A stretch of 64,000 bases of DNA from Pocillopora damicornis (lineage: Eukaryota). The notes below the pieces were generated by a model. The model saw only the letters and a program-made list of their open reading frames with translations. It ran no database searches and was not told the DNA's origin. The position numbers were made by a program, and so were the translations under genes. The stretch's first letter is position 1; each line of letters starts with the position of its first letter. The stretch lies in assembly GCF_003704095.1 (NCBI RefSeq), contig NW_020847484.1, forward strand, positions 310,001 to 374,000, read 5' to 3'. Below are positions 1-22,700 of this stretch, piece by piece.

Positions 1-1064
1 GTAAATGATGTGGGGCCAGCATTTTACACATCACAGCATCTGTAACACTCTCCTTGTACCACGGATCATACTTTAACTCCAATTCTTTGGGCAAATCACA
101 GCATCGGTGGTATGCTAACAAAAATCAAGGAACTTAGATGAAAAATTTAGATAAAAAGTAAATGAATAACAGTGAGAAAAGGTAAACGGTCCAAGGAATG
201 GCATCTAGGGCGTGGCTTTGGATCTGGCCTTTTAACAGATAAGTGTAATCTCCCTTAATCCCTTACGTTGTCTGGGTTGCCTGTTTTCCTCAAGAGCTCT
301 CGAAACTGCCACAGCGATGCTCTCAACAGCTTTAATTTTCGTTATTAGATGTTTCCCTAATTTCGCAGCAAGACCTTTCACAAGATTGAGACTCTTCAAA
401 TCTTCTGCTTCCTGAATCCAGCTCTGAACATCTTCCTGTAAATGGAAATGAGGAAACATCATACATTATGAATAATATTTAGTAGGTAAGCATCTATTCA
501 TTTACTTATTACCTTAAAACACTTGTCACTAAGCGGTATATGGAAAAATCCGAGTCCTTGTTTAGAGGTTTAGGACTTGCACATGCGCAGAACGCTTCCC
601 ATAGTGTCTTTTTTTTTGCAAAATACCGGCAGCTTGCTATCAGTTTTCAATTGTGCAACTGTGATTTTCAAGAACTATCATTGGCTGGATTTCTTTAAGT
701 GTGATCGACGCCTTGTAAATCGATCTAAAGAAATTCCGCCAGCCCGCTTGTTTGTTAGTTTGTTTTTCGCCAAATTTCATGCAAACCGTGTTCTTCTGTA
801 ACACTACAATCTCAATTTCTCACATTTCTGTTTTTTTGTTTTTTTTTAGTTATAAAATATGTAGATCTTAACCCCACTAACCGTAAATGCATTATAGTCG
901 TTCGCGTCATTTGCAAGATGTTTCATGTGTTTGCTAAACTCTTCAACAACCTCGTTTGGCTTAATATCATCAAGATCTCGTGCAATCCGACTCTTTGCAA
1001 CATTTCCTGGAACAGCCAAGCTTATCAGAAGGCACAAACGAATCGCCTTCAAATATGCGATCAT
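1..1064 (-). CDS. VWA/Cache domain protein, CACHD1 / calcium-channel alpha2-delta-like, 5' part (exons 1064-882, 435-267, 114-<1)
   Basis: Signal peptide MIAYLKAIRLCLLISLAVPG; phase-compatible GT-AG junctions give ...EDVQSW...LVKGLAAKLGKHLITKIKAVESIAVAVSRAL...PYHRCCDLPKELELKYDPWYKESVTDAVMC, resembling the CACHD1 N-terminus (CC-x~8-[YF]D-x6-V-x5-C). Gene runs off the window. Confidence 0.6.
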
Positions 1065-3372
1065 TTTTGGATGGCAAATCTACGTTACAAAATTCTGATT
1101 TTCAGACATTTTGCGGCTGATCTTTATCTTTGAAAGAGAAAATTTTCGACCATGTGGTAACGTCACAGACAGCACGTATTTAATGAGCTAAGCGATGACG
1201 TAAGGAAGCTCCAAAATGGTTTCTTTGAGTTGAAATCTGCCGTTTGATACCTACAATAGTTAGTTTTTCGCAAAAAGAAAACTTTTTCATTTTTTTGATA
1301 ATCTCTACCATCTCTATTACGCATTTTAAAGTATAAATCAGCAAAATGATGTGGCTCGTGGTGCCTTCTCAATTAAGAATTTACTCGTAACTGACGTGCG
1401 CGCGTAAGTCTGTTTGAAGTCGACTGCGCAGACATAATTGAATATTTTGCTCAACCGGTTCTGACGCATTTTACTTGAAGTTTCTGTCATCGTTTGCTTA
1501 TTTGTTTATTTGTTTATCGGTTTCCATAGATAGAAAATTGCCACTGATATCAGAAACAAATGCCTAATCTGCTCGTATGATATTTGTTATAAAAAGTGGC
1601 CGTTGTCGGTTCAATTTAACGGCCACCGATTTTTCGGCAGGTGCAGCACTAACATTACGCCACAACGTGGGGCTTATTTCCGACACAATGTTTTTCTTTA
1701 TTTCTTCATCTGCTTTATTTAAATGCCTTGAAATACCTGAGTGTTATTTTTGTTGCATTTTTGTTACTATCTTCATCTGTTTTCTGTAATTGCACTTTTT
1801 AAGATAAATACGAATTGCGGTATTATTGAACATACTGAAAATTCAAGTGAATTGCCATTTGCCTTCGGCTACGTATGACTCATGTGGTCAATCGGTAAAA
1901 CTGTCTTCATGCCGTTAATGCAGTTTTCAATATTCGGTGTCTATTTTTCATCCTTCCTGATCACGCCCAGCTTAAAAAAAAAATTCCCCGTTAAACTCGT
2001 AGGCGTGCAAAGTACGTTGAATATCAGGGGAAAACACGTCAATAAAGATGCAAATTAAGCTTAGTTTCTCAACATGATGTTAATTCTCCGAAATATATCC
2101 TGGATTTTACACATGTTTACACATTTTAAACATGTGTTATCCTAAAGAATAATAGTATAAATATCCTCGCAGACTGACGTTTCGTGGGAATAAAAGCTTG
2201 CAAAAAAGTTTTAATTTTCCGGATTGTGTATTCGTGAAGTAATTTCATTAACCAAGAGTTATTCGTCCATTTTTTCCTGCCCTTGGGCTCTGCAAATTTC
2301 TGCTCACGCTGTAAAAGCGTCATAGGCGAGCCTCGAAAAATATTTAACACTTAAAGACCAATTCTTACGGCATGCTGGTACCAAACCCTTTCATTCTGTT
2401 TCCCAGCACCGGAATTGTATAAAAATTTCTCCATTTTTCTCGAGAGAAATATATTACCTGAAGTTATGAGAAATAATGAGGATGAATTTACCAAAATTCA
2501 ATTTCTCGAGGATATGTAATAATCGGTATCCTAAATCAGCAAATCAAAACGAGAAACTTTCTCCTAATCCTGCGTCAGGCATTATTGCGATTATATATAA
2601 TTCGTCTCTTAAGTGAATATCACAACAAACAATATGAGTAAAATTTAATATGGGGCCACTCTCAATATTCAAAAGGATTTCAGAAAGCGGATGACTGGAG
2701 GCGCTGCTTGAGTAATGTTCCTGGTACGCTTCAAATGGTTCTTGCTGAGATTAGTAGATCAACGTTTTCCTAAATTATTCTGTAATGTTTGACAAACTAT
2801 CAGTACAAATTAGACAACGATTGTTGTTATTTTAAATTCTCTTGGGATAAAAGCTTCTTAAAGCAGCTGCAAAAAAAATAGGTTTATGCAAATCCAATCC
2901 ACGCAATACCGTTTAAGGAGTGAAAATGAAGAAAAGTGCAATAAACATTGTCAAGTCTTTATCAAGAAAATCTTTATTCATTTTGTTTTACGCTATCAAA
3001 GGATCTCTCACAGCGTACGCTTTCAAATTTTCATTTGTGTTCAGTGTTCCGAAGAAAATGTGTGACGTAGTTTCTTCTAAAAATAAATAGTGGTATTGCC
3101 CTTTAGGTCAATATCACGAAGTCAACTACATATATGGGAGAAAGGTAAACTAACAGAGCAGTAACTGGTCAAAATATTGACGTTTGAAGGCGCGCAAGCG
3201 GAAGTCGGTTACAAAGTTGGTTCGGGCCTTTTGTGCTGAAGGAAAGTATAAAACCGAAAGATATTAGTACTTTCGAGACAGATCCCAGAAGTTCGAACCA
3301 TCGTACTGGTGAATAGTGGAATTTATTCAGACCAGCGCACAGACGAGGGCTCAAATTCCGGCGAACGCAAAC

Positions 3373-4149
3373 ATGATGATGGCAGCTTACCTGGGGAGGA
3401 GGGCTAAACTTGGCCGATCACAAGAAGACCAAGAAAATTTACCAGGCACATCAGAAATCATCAAAGCACTGTCCGAGCAACAACTTACGAATCCCGGTGA
3501 GGGGAAAGTGCTATATATTCAAGGAATAAAGAACAATGGGAACTGGAGGCCCATGTGTTATGCAAGCCAGAATTTCAGGGCATATTACACTCTGCAGCTC
3601 TTTAACGCTCGAGTTAGCTTAACAAAAAAGGCTATCGAGAAAGCAATTGAACAAGAGTATGTCCCTCAACGTTTCTTCAAGAGTGTAAAGACTGTGTTGA
3701 GCCTGGGCTGTGGGCCTGGTTCCGATCTCCACGGGTTTAAAACCTTCCTTAGCGAGGCTTTTCCGTTCAGCTCGAGAGGGAAGAAGTCACCACAGTTCAT
3801 TGGCTACGACAGAGAGCTGGGCTGGATGCACTATGTTCAAAGCTTGGGGTTTGAATTTGAAAGCGTGGAAATAAACAAAACACTTATCAATGACATGGAC
3901 AAAGTTGACGTGATGTTAATATCTTACAGCGCTAAGGAACTATTTCGTGATTTCAACCGCGAGAAAAACGATGAAACATTCTGGAAGGCAATATCTAAGA
4001 AAGCGAAATTTGTACTGGTTATTGATGACGAAAAATGTTTGTATGATGATCTGCCGACGGATGACGAAGACTACGAGTACTTTACCTGGGGTAATGAGCA
4101 GGGAGAGACTGAGGCTGTTGTTTACTGTCACTTTACAGCAGAGGGTTAA
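3373..4149 (+). CDS. Intronless class I SAM-dependent methyltransferase-like protein (~258 aa)
   Basis: Uninterrupted ORF from ATG 3373; motif I VLSLGCGPGSD, acidic end of beta2 (FIGYD), later strands DVMLISY and VLVID. Confidence 0.8.
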   Translation: MMMAAYLGRRAKLGRSQEDQENLPGTSEIIKALSEQQLTNPGEGKVLYIQGIKNNGNWRPMCYASQNFRAYYTLQLFNARVSLTKKAIEKAIEQEYVPQRFFKSVKTVLSLGCGPGSDLHGFKTFLSEAFPFSSRGKKSPQFIGYDRELGWMHYVQSLGFEFESVEINKTLINDMDKVDVMLISYSAKELFRDFNREKNDETFWKAISKKAKFVLVIDDEKCLYDDLPTDDEDYEYFTWGNEQGETEAVVYCHFTAEG

Positions 4150-5707
4150 AAACGTTGAATAATGCAAACAAAAAGCTGGAAATTTCGATTGCAAGCAATA
4201 TGACAATCATAGAATCGTAGAGTCGATAAGGATACGCTTATATGTTTTTGTGTCTCAATATTTCTCCATATTGTAAATTCATGACTTTATTTATAAAGAA
4301 TATGAATTGAGATTACAACACGTTTATTATCGAATTATATATTAAAAAACATAAATTGAAATTATAAATCACTCTAATTAACGGTTACCTAGGATATACA
4401 CCGATAATAGTATCTATTGTTAATCAAGTGGCCTACAACTTTATCGGTGTGAAAATGATGTTATAGAACATCTAAAAATTTTGAAGTATTTTTATTCATC
4501 TTATACCCTTAAGTAAATTCCTGCTCTGGTTTACGCGCTATGCCAGAATAAATTCTTTCTAGAAGGCTAGTGTGTACTGGTCGACAACCAGTTCATGAGA
4601 TGAAAAAAGGTCTAATTGAATTGCTTAAATTTCGTGTTCTGAGGCTAAATGTTTACACTTCTAAATAACTTTGACACTATTATGTCGCTTGATATGATCT
4701 CATAGATTTTATCGTACTTAAAAATATAACTTTTGGTATACAAGAGGCACACACTATGCTTTAAAAAACGTGTATGATCATAAGCATTGTGATAATTAAA
4801 ATATGCGTTTACTGACACGAGCCCTTATGTATGCTCTTCAATTTGATCATCAGTTCCGTTGGAAGTTGTCTAGGATCGATATTAAACACTTACTGTTAAA
4901 GCCTTGATGCCAATTAACGTATATTTCCATCGCAAGCGGTCAGTTGTAAAACTGAAATTAAGAGGACTCAGAACTCTTGTTTTGAGTAAATGATCTGCGC
5001 AGGGAACCTTTATCAAAATCGATCGGACCCCAATTCTAGCACAACAGCACGTAGAAGAGAGCAATCAGCTGCTATTGAACCCAACTAGATCAAAATCTTA
5101 AGTTATTAACGTAATAGTAACATTTAAAATTACCTGAGTGTGAAGATGTGATTTTCTTCTATTTGAATCGTAACTAAGCTTCTCAAAAAGTCTGCACAAC
5201 TTTCAGTTTCCCCGAAATTTCTATCGCAATTTTTTTCCGAGTAAAACTCATATCGAGAAAATGATTCTCACTTCATGTGACTCAATGTTATTTATGTCTG
5301 AAAAAGACCGGCGGAAGCGAACCGCAACCCGCTCCATGCCGCACTACTGTTTTGCCGCGGCAAAAAATGGTGAAAAATAGAAAAACTGTCCTTAATTTTC
5401 CAACAGTCTAGACCATCATCACGTCATCCTTACTTATAACGGCCCAAAATGTGTATGTGTTATTCGTCTTTGTGCTAATGACACAGACAAACGGTTTTCA
5501 AAACTCAAAAATATTGCAGACTGTTTTCTATACACTTTAGAAAATGCTACTCGTGGGTGTGACTAATATTGTTTGAGTAAGTGTTTGAACTTCTTTAGAA
5601 CATGCATAAAAAGATTTAAACTCAGACCATAGAGCTTAGATTAAATGCCCGTTAAAATAATTCACTACCAGCCCTGAGGCAGATCCTCTGATGCAGAAGC
5701 CTTCTGG

Positions 5708-5912
5708 TAACTCTTTACACCCTAACATCAGTATGCATATTCTCCATACGGTTCTTGCTACATTATCTTAGGTGCTGATGAGGAAAATTTTTATAATGAT
5801 CAAAGCCTATTAAGTTGGTGATCATTTCCTTTTCATCAAGTGACGTTAATTTATGATTTGAGGGTGATATTGTTCAGAGAAATGAGATGCTGGTCAGTCT
5901 TAGGGGCCTTAA
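5708..5912. mobile_element. piggyBac-like MITE, third subfamily (..CCCTAACATCAGTATGCATATTCTCC..)
   Basis: Shared core also at ~8490-8672, ~9098-9310, ~12002-12200, ~13005-13208, ~22297, ~34765 and ~63925. Confidence 0.62.
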
Positions 5913-6323
5913 CAGTCAATAATTAAAAGCTCCAAGAAAACTCAAATGCAATAACTTTATGCAGAATTTTTCAAAACTTTATTACAACATGTGTGTCAAT
6001 CAACGTTAATACAAATTCAGTTCCCTTATGATCGCAGAGCATATGCTGTCATATGGTATTGTAACAAGCCTCATCACATAAAACCCTGCAAGTAACAGGC
6101 ATTGGTTCCAACTGTACTGTGATGGTAACCCTTAAAATCACAGATGTGATTAACATATAAACTCTAACCAATACGTTATCCAGCAAACAGGTACTGAGGA
6201 AACTCAAACCTATCAGGTAGATATATATTTTACAAAGACACATTTAGCAGCTAGAGATGGGGGATTGACAATCAAATCTTAGGAGTGATAGGGTTACTTA
6301 CTAAACATGCCTTTTTTTTTTTC

Positions 6324-7326
6324 TTAGTTCATGTCATATTTCCCTCTTATAATTTTATATTGGACTCCAGGACAGTCCTGAACTCTGCCTCCCTCAAACA
6401 ATACCACTGCATGTTCCTGTAACACTGCTCCTTCACCTGGTATATAGGCTGTGATTACTTTTCCATTACTCAATTTTACCAAAGCACACTTCCGGTTGCC
6501 AGAGTTTGGTTTCTTAGGTTTTCTTACGAAGACTCTGATACAGACACCTTTCCTTTGCGGACCCAAAAGGATTCGCTTTGATTTTGGAATATGTTTCTTT
6601 GGCATATCTGCCTTGGTTCTTACTTTTTTCCAACGGTATTGGTTAACTGTTGCAAAAAGTCTTGTGCTGTTCAACACAAGGTCAGGATAAGGCTTATTTC
6701 TTATGGCTGAGAACACAATTGTTGACTGCCTTGCTAGACTTGGTTCTTGCCACAAANNNNNNNNNNNNNNNNNNNNNNNNNNNNNNNNNNNNNNNNNNNN
6801 NNNNNNNNNNNNNNNNNNNNNNNNNNNNNNNNNNNNNNNNNNNNNNNNNNNNNNNNCCCCGGATCCATTTCAGCTCCCAGGAGGCGTTTAAGTACAGCTC
6901 GACTTCTCGAGGGGGATTCCATGGGGCAGAGATAATTATAGGACAATGAAGCTCACCTGCTACGCTTCCATTTGTATACTTTCTCGCTGAAGACATCGAC
7001 AAACCGTTTTGGGGAATTTTCTTACAAGAGATAAAATAATGTACAGTGCTTGTAAGTACAAGTTTACAACTGCGCACGATTTAGATTACGAAGCTGTCTA
7101 TTGGCAACTTCAAACTCTGAGCTAAAATCTATTCCACACATGTGATGTTAGAACTACAGCCGCAAAAGAAATCAATTTCAAGAAAAGATCGACGATAAAT
7201 TTACAGAAAAAACTCAAAAATACCACCAAAATTTTTTAAATATAAGTAATATCTTACATTTAGGCCCAAAGAAGCTCGAAAAACTCCACACAAAGATCGC
7301 AGATTTCGACTGCAGACAACCGCCAT
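6324..7326 (-). CDS. MRPS12: Mitochondrial ribosomal protein uS12m (exon 1 7326-7258; exon 2 from gap to 6324)
   Basis: uS12 signature PQRKGVC...[19 protein letters not shown]...[31 protein letters not shown]; exon 1 encodes an Arg/Ser-rich presequence [23 protein letters not shown] ending at GTAAGA; exon 2 acceptor falls in gap 6757-6856. Confidence 0.95.
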
Positions 7327-7423
7327 TTTGCTGAATCGGCTGAGTAGAATTACAGCTGGCTCAGTTCTCCCATGAAGATACTCGGGCGTGCATGCAACTG
7401 CGCAATCATCGAAGTACGCCAAA
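7327..7423. promoter_or_regulatory. Bidirectional promoter MRPS12/MKLN1
   Basis: Only 97 bp between divergent start codons; both lie in an AAAATGGCGG context. Confidence 0.75.
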
Positions 7424-19052
<11,629 letters not shown>

Positions 19053-19653
19053 CATTTCGGAATATCCAGTGAATAAACAGCAATCAAGTACCACGGAATT
19101 GAAAAAGATCGATGAGTAACGAGCGGCCCTTTCAAAATAAGAAGCAAAAACTGCTTTTAACATATCCGTGAACAGGATTGTTCTGCTACATAGACTATGG
19201 TTCTGAAACAAGTTAGAGACAGGTTACTATTGATCACCTGGGAGGGTGGGTGGGAGGATTTTGATTGTGTCTCTTAAAATCCTCCACCCCTCCCCCTCGG
19301 CCATTAATAATTACTTGTCCCTTAGGTTCAGGTCAACAATGCAAAGCTTGTATTTTGTAATTAGTGTGAAGTAAAACAAATTTTTTTCCAGGAGTTTTGA
19401 AAAGTCGTTTTCTTTATTACTACAGTGCTTCGTCACACCGTTTTAGCGTGCAAGGGGTCGTCATATCAATCACTTCTCGAGCTGCTGTTGCAAATCATTC
19501 CTCTTAACACGCTCGCCTCTTGATTTCCAGCCCCCTCCCACAGAACATATCATTTCTTGACCCCACGGCGATTAGCCCTACAACCCCTATTTGTGGGTGG
19601 GGCCATACCCCTTACCCAGAACTCTCTGCGGTACAAGAATTTGTGGTCTCAAC

Positions 19654-19689
19654 ATGGCGGCAGATGTTATGGTTTTTGGACATGATTAG
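19654..19689 (+). promoter_or_regulatory. Upstream ORF (MAADVMVFGHD*) in a TISU/YY1-type context ahead of RBSN
   Basis: CAACATGGCGGC at 19650-19661; in-frame TAG ends at 19689, about 50 nt before the RBSN ATG. Confidence 0.5.
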
Positions 19690-19738
19690 CACAAATGCGG
19701 ACAACTGAGTCGCTCGATTGTTAATTAACACGTGAGCA

Positions 19739-22700
19739 ATGGAGAACGACGATATCAAGGAGGGTTTCATTTGCCCAATATGTATGAAGGATTTGGGAAA
19801 TGCTTCGGTTTTGCAAAGACATTTCGAGGAGAGTCATTCCGATGACAAGGACACACTTCGCCGAATGCGAGAGGCATTTGGCAAAGCGAAGAGAAAAATT
19901 ATAAACAAAATAGAGAGTTCTGAACCAGACGGGGCTACCGTAGATTCTGTAGATGGTGTTGTTGAAAATCCTGTAAGCAGAGGGGTCGATCCGTTTCTCT
20001 GGGACCAGCAAGATTTCGGTGAGAATAATTCTTATACAATATCAGCTGAATACGTTTTAACTTTCACTGTTTGTTGTCTACACGATGAAGCAAGCTTTGC
20101 AATATTGTCATTCGTTGAGCATTTCCCTCAAAGTTTTTCCTGCCTGCGGGTAATTTGTGGACGTCCTATGTCAACACGATGTTTCATCCATGATTCTTCA
20201 ATCGAATATTTACCCTTGTTGCTCGGTTATTTCAAGAGATGCCGGTTTCGATATTTTTGGCAGAATACCCCAATTTCGACAGCACAATTTATCTGCTTCA
20301 ATAGGATGGTTTCTTAAGACTTGCGCATTTCATGCTCTTTTTCTGGGCATTACATTTTTTCCATCAAACTACATGGATGCGACTGAGAATCATTCACACG
20401 CTTGTAGAATGCAGCAATTTTACACTTATACACCTTGATTATTTTTTAATTAATTACTATTTGGCTTTTTTAAACATTTAATCGTTGTTATGGTCATTTT
20501 TATCATCATTATTTCTTTGGAGTTGTTTGAAGTTAAGCAATTTCTGTAACGTTTCATGATTTGCCTTTCTCTACACACTCTTGTGGAGTACGGCTTGCTG
20601 AGACTGTAAACTGTCTCTGTTGTCGGTTCTTAATTTTTTGCGGGAATTTCATACAATTATGTAGATCTTCATTTTGTTTTGCTCTTCAACTTGTGGCCTT
20701 TGCGCCTTGTGCCAGGGCCTTTGGCCTTTGACCCATAAGAGTGACAAGTATCTAATTTCTCCTCACCATGTCACATCCAAGTGGAAGTCATCAAGGTAAC
20801 TAGAGTAAAGGGGGTAATTTTCTAAAGAAACTGCATCGGTGAGAAAGTATAGCAGGTAATTTAGTGTGAACATTTGAGTTGAAAACGTAAATTGGCCACT
20901 GTAAAGAGTAAACAAGCTGATGTTTTGAGCATAAGCCCTTTGCTGATCACTCTGACAAAGGGCTAACTCTTGAAACATCAGCTTGTTTACTCTTTACAGT
21001 GGCCAATTTACATTTTCAACCCTATTGTTAACACTAAATTACCTGCTAACTTGACTAACAGTTATGGTCACCAACTAAAGATGTTCCTGACTATTAAATT
21101 GATTCCTGTCAGCACCTTAGGTGATGTGTAGAGAGCAGTATGGAGAATATGCATACTGATGTTAGGGTGTGAACAGTTTAATTGAAGGGGAAAAACTCAT
21201 CATCAATTTTATTATCAGTAATAACAGATTTCTTTTTGCCTCTCAAACACAGGAGCCTCAAGAAGCAGATTTAGAGAATTTAGGGAAAGACGAGATGCAG
21301 AGATTGACAGATTTGTTGTTGAAACTAATAAAATACTTATCAGACTGGAGAAGGTATGTGTATTTGCTTGGCAATGGTCAATTTGGTAATTATGTACATA
21401 GTCTTTTTGGAATAAAGTCATCACTGTGGATGTTAACCTTTTAACTCCTGGATCTAATTTGTAATTCTCCTTACTATCTGCCACACAATTCTTGTGATAT
21501 AGCTATGTAGATTTTTTTTTTGGATCAGCTAATAATCTTCTCTTTATTCTCATCACTTTCTGCTTGATATTGTATTGATATTGTAAGGAGAAATTCTGTC
21601 TTGGTCTCTTATGAGAGTTAAAGGGTTAACGGTTTGCAAAAGCTTACCTAGGATTTTTTAATAGGGTAAATCACAGCTAAGACTTTCTGCACTCCTTATT
21701 CGAAGTTACTTATTCTATTGCAACTTTTTGTATACTGGCAGACTGGTATTCACATATTGATAAGGATAGGCATTAACCCTTAAACTCCCAAGATCTGATT
21801 GTTAATTCTCCCTTCTAGCTCCTACATATTTCCTTCTAAATGGGTTATGAGAATTTTGTATTAGGTCAAGATAAGGACTTCTACCTGATAGGTTTGTGTA
21901 TTCTCATTACCTGTTGACTGGGTAATGTATGGATGTTATTGGGAGAAGTTACATGTTAATCACTTCTGGAAGTTTAAGGACTAATGGGGATCGTAGTGTG
22001 GGAACGATTTATGACTGTTTCATTACTCCTGTAGCACATCATTCAACCCAATCTGGTACAGCTGTGGCTGGTGTGAACCACTTGCCTTGTGTGCAAAGTT
22101 ATCTGACCAAAGTTTATTTTCTTGGCTGAGAATTTTTAGCCGGTAACTTTTGTTAACTAATGAGTCTGAATGCGTCTTCTTTTTAAGTATGAATTTATCA
22201 TGATTTTAGCTTTTAAGGTCAGGAGTTACTGTTAAAGATTCACCTGCATTACCCACAAGACCAGGAAGAAAATGTGAGTACTGGTATCTGTCTCCTTAAC
22301 TCTTTACATCCTAATATCAGTATGTATATTATCCATACTGTTTTCTGTGCATTTCTCTGTGCAGACAAAAAAACAAAATTTCAAAGGGTTAATTTAGCAT
22401 TTAACCCTTTAATTCCCAGATCAAATTTATAATTCTCCTCACTGTCAACCATACAATTCTTATAATGTTAGTTCAGAGAATTTAGTATTGGATCAACTAA
22501 GTATCCCCAAATTGATAATTTTCTTCATTCTCATCACTTCTCTGGTTGATATTGTGTTGGTATTGTAAGGAGAAATTCTGTCTTGGTCACTCATGGGAGT
22601 TAAATGGTTAATAGTGCCATTAACATTGTGTTTGTCTTTTTATTGTTATGAATTTACTCTCCATCGTTATTACCTGGTTTGTGAATGACTCGGTCATTCA

